Program-made: the position numbers and the translations under genes
Assembly (NCBI GenBank): GCA_026770705.1
Contig: JANJGN010000301.1
Coordinates: 124,001-188,000 of the forward strand
Origin: Isurus oxyrinchus
Taxonomy: Eukaryota
Reading direction: 5' to 3'
Length of the DNA: 64,000 bases
Notes under the pieces: generated by a model
What the model saw: the letters and a program-made list of their open reading frames with translations, nothing else
Databases searched by the model: none
What the model was told of the DNA's origin: nothing
Shown here: positions 62,652-64,000 of the stretch, piece after piece
Layout of the letters: every line of letters begins with the position of its first letter
How positions within the stretch are numbered: position 1 is the stretch's first letter

Positions 62652-63121
62652 ATGTTGTTCCCTTTGTTTAATTCTGATAATAATGACCGCACCTATATTG
62701 AAATAAACAGTTTGTGCTAGATGCATTACATTTACTCCTGGACATTTCTCCCCTCCTGTTTTCTTGTTACAGGGACGAATGGAAAAGATTCGGTTTCCCA
62801 AGGTCACCCTGAGTTACCGGTGCAGCAAGGACAGACACACGATCACAGTAAACTGCAATTTTTCGACACGCGCGGTGTCTCCACTCTCTTCTGGTACATC
62901 CTGCATCCCGGAGTAGCTCCGAAATATTTACTGAAGAGGTATAGCTCGGAATCCGGAGGTCGGTCTCCCGATTTCTCAGATAGGCTTACTGCTGACTTGA
63001 ACCAAGAGGAGAAAACGGTGCCTTTAAAACTCGCTGCGGCTTGGCTTTGTGACTCTGCCGCCGATCACTGGGCGCTGGGCCCCACACTGGTCCGCAAGCA
63101 CAGACAGCCCGTGCAAAAAAC
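62652..63121 (+). pseudogene. Family D V pseudogene with 23-RSS (63083-63121)
   Basis: KDSVSQG...TLFWYILHPGVAPKYLL...DSAADHWAL (both Cys lost in frame); CACACTG, 23 nt, GCAAAAAAC. Confidence 0.85.
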
Positions 63122-63460
63122 CAGCAACGGACTCTCACTTCCTCTTGCTGAATCTCATCTGTGATGTGTTCATAGAGCGGAAAACAACCAGAAGGATATG
63201 CAGGTGGTCGAACAAATGCACGGCGTGATATTTAAATAAATAGTCTCGGGAAAAAAATGGATTTTTTGCATCTCTTCATTTCATCCCTCCTTTCCCAAAA
63301 CTCTCCAAGCCGTGCTTGCAGAGCTCAGGCTCTGTGAGCTCCGTCTGTCCGCGAGAAATGCGCTGCGGCTCTCGGCTCAGGAACGTGTTTGGTTATTGTT
63401 CGTTTGGGAGCGGAATGATTCGTTCTGTGGACGCGCGAGCGCTATTGTAGTTACACGGAG

Positions 63461-63479
63461 CCGCCACCAGAGGGCAGGC
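63461..63479 (+). promoter_or_regulatory. CTCF motif
   Basis: CCGCCACCAGAGGGCAGGC with upstream tgtagttac module. Confidence 0.75.
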
Positions 63480-64000
63480 AGAGGCTTTATTCACTCGTTA
63501 TGAAGGTGTCAGCCGAGTTGTAGATTGACAAGATAATTTAGTGAATGTCCCATTTTAGTCCTGGAAGAATGGCAATAAATCAACAATTTCGAAACCAGAG
63601 GCATTCATTTGAAGCCGTGCTATATTTTACCATATCAAAGCACGACTAATGTCAATGCCTCGTCAATATTTAATAAGCCTCTCATCCAAGAATAGTTGAG
63701 GCCATCTGCTGAGCGCACCCTTTCATTCTTCTCAAGCCTTCCAGTCAGTTCCCATTGATTTCCTCCAAATGGAAGATTTCGACATGTTGACAGCAAACTG
63801 TGTTAAAGTCCACCAAGATCCGCTTCACCTACATAACCCTCTTTGATTTCGCCTGAGGCTCAGTCCCTTGTAACATCACTGATAGAAGAATTAGTTGAAT
63901 CATCAAAGGGGAGGGTGAATTTGTCAAATCACTGAGTACAGCCAATCCTAATTCTTTCCCGGAAAATTTTATCTGGGCCCCACTAAGCTAACGTCAAATG

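Overview
Vertebrate genomic DNA, most likely from a cartilaginous fish (inferred from the CR1/SINE repeat complement and the V families). The window is part of a T-cell receptor alpha/delta variable-gene array. I recognise about 30 V segments or relics on both strands, in at least six families. Each has some or all of a leader exon, intron, V exon (C...WYRQ...YYC) and a 3' recombination signal sequence (RSS, mostly 23-bp spacer). Only three look fully competent: 3449-3968, 24780-25112 and 51630-52065, all on the + strand. No D, J or C segment was confidently seen. The array was built by tandem and inverted block duplication and is interrupted by CR1-type LINEs, SINEs, a 17-bp minisatellite and one assembly gap. 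Most notable features: (1) a portable cassette of V 3' end + 24-bp-spacer RSS + CTCF site about 20 bp downstream, shared by two unrelated V families; (2) three 12-bp-spacer RSSs within a 23-RSS array; (3) a V family whose signal peptide appears contiguous with the V exon; (4) a 103-bp element with a minimal hammerhead ribozyme, flanked by a target-site duplication (TSD). All calls were made by eye, with no database search.
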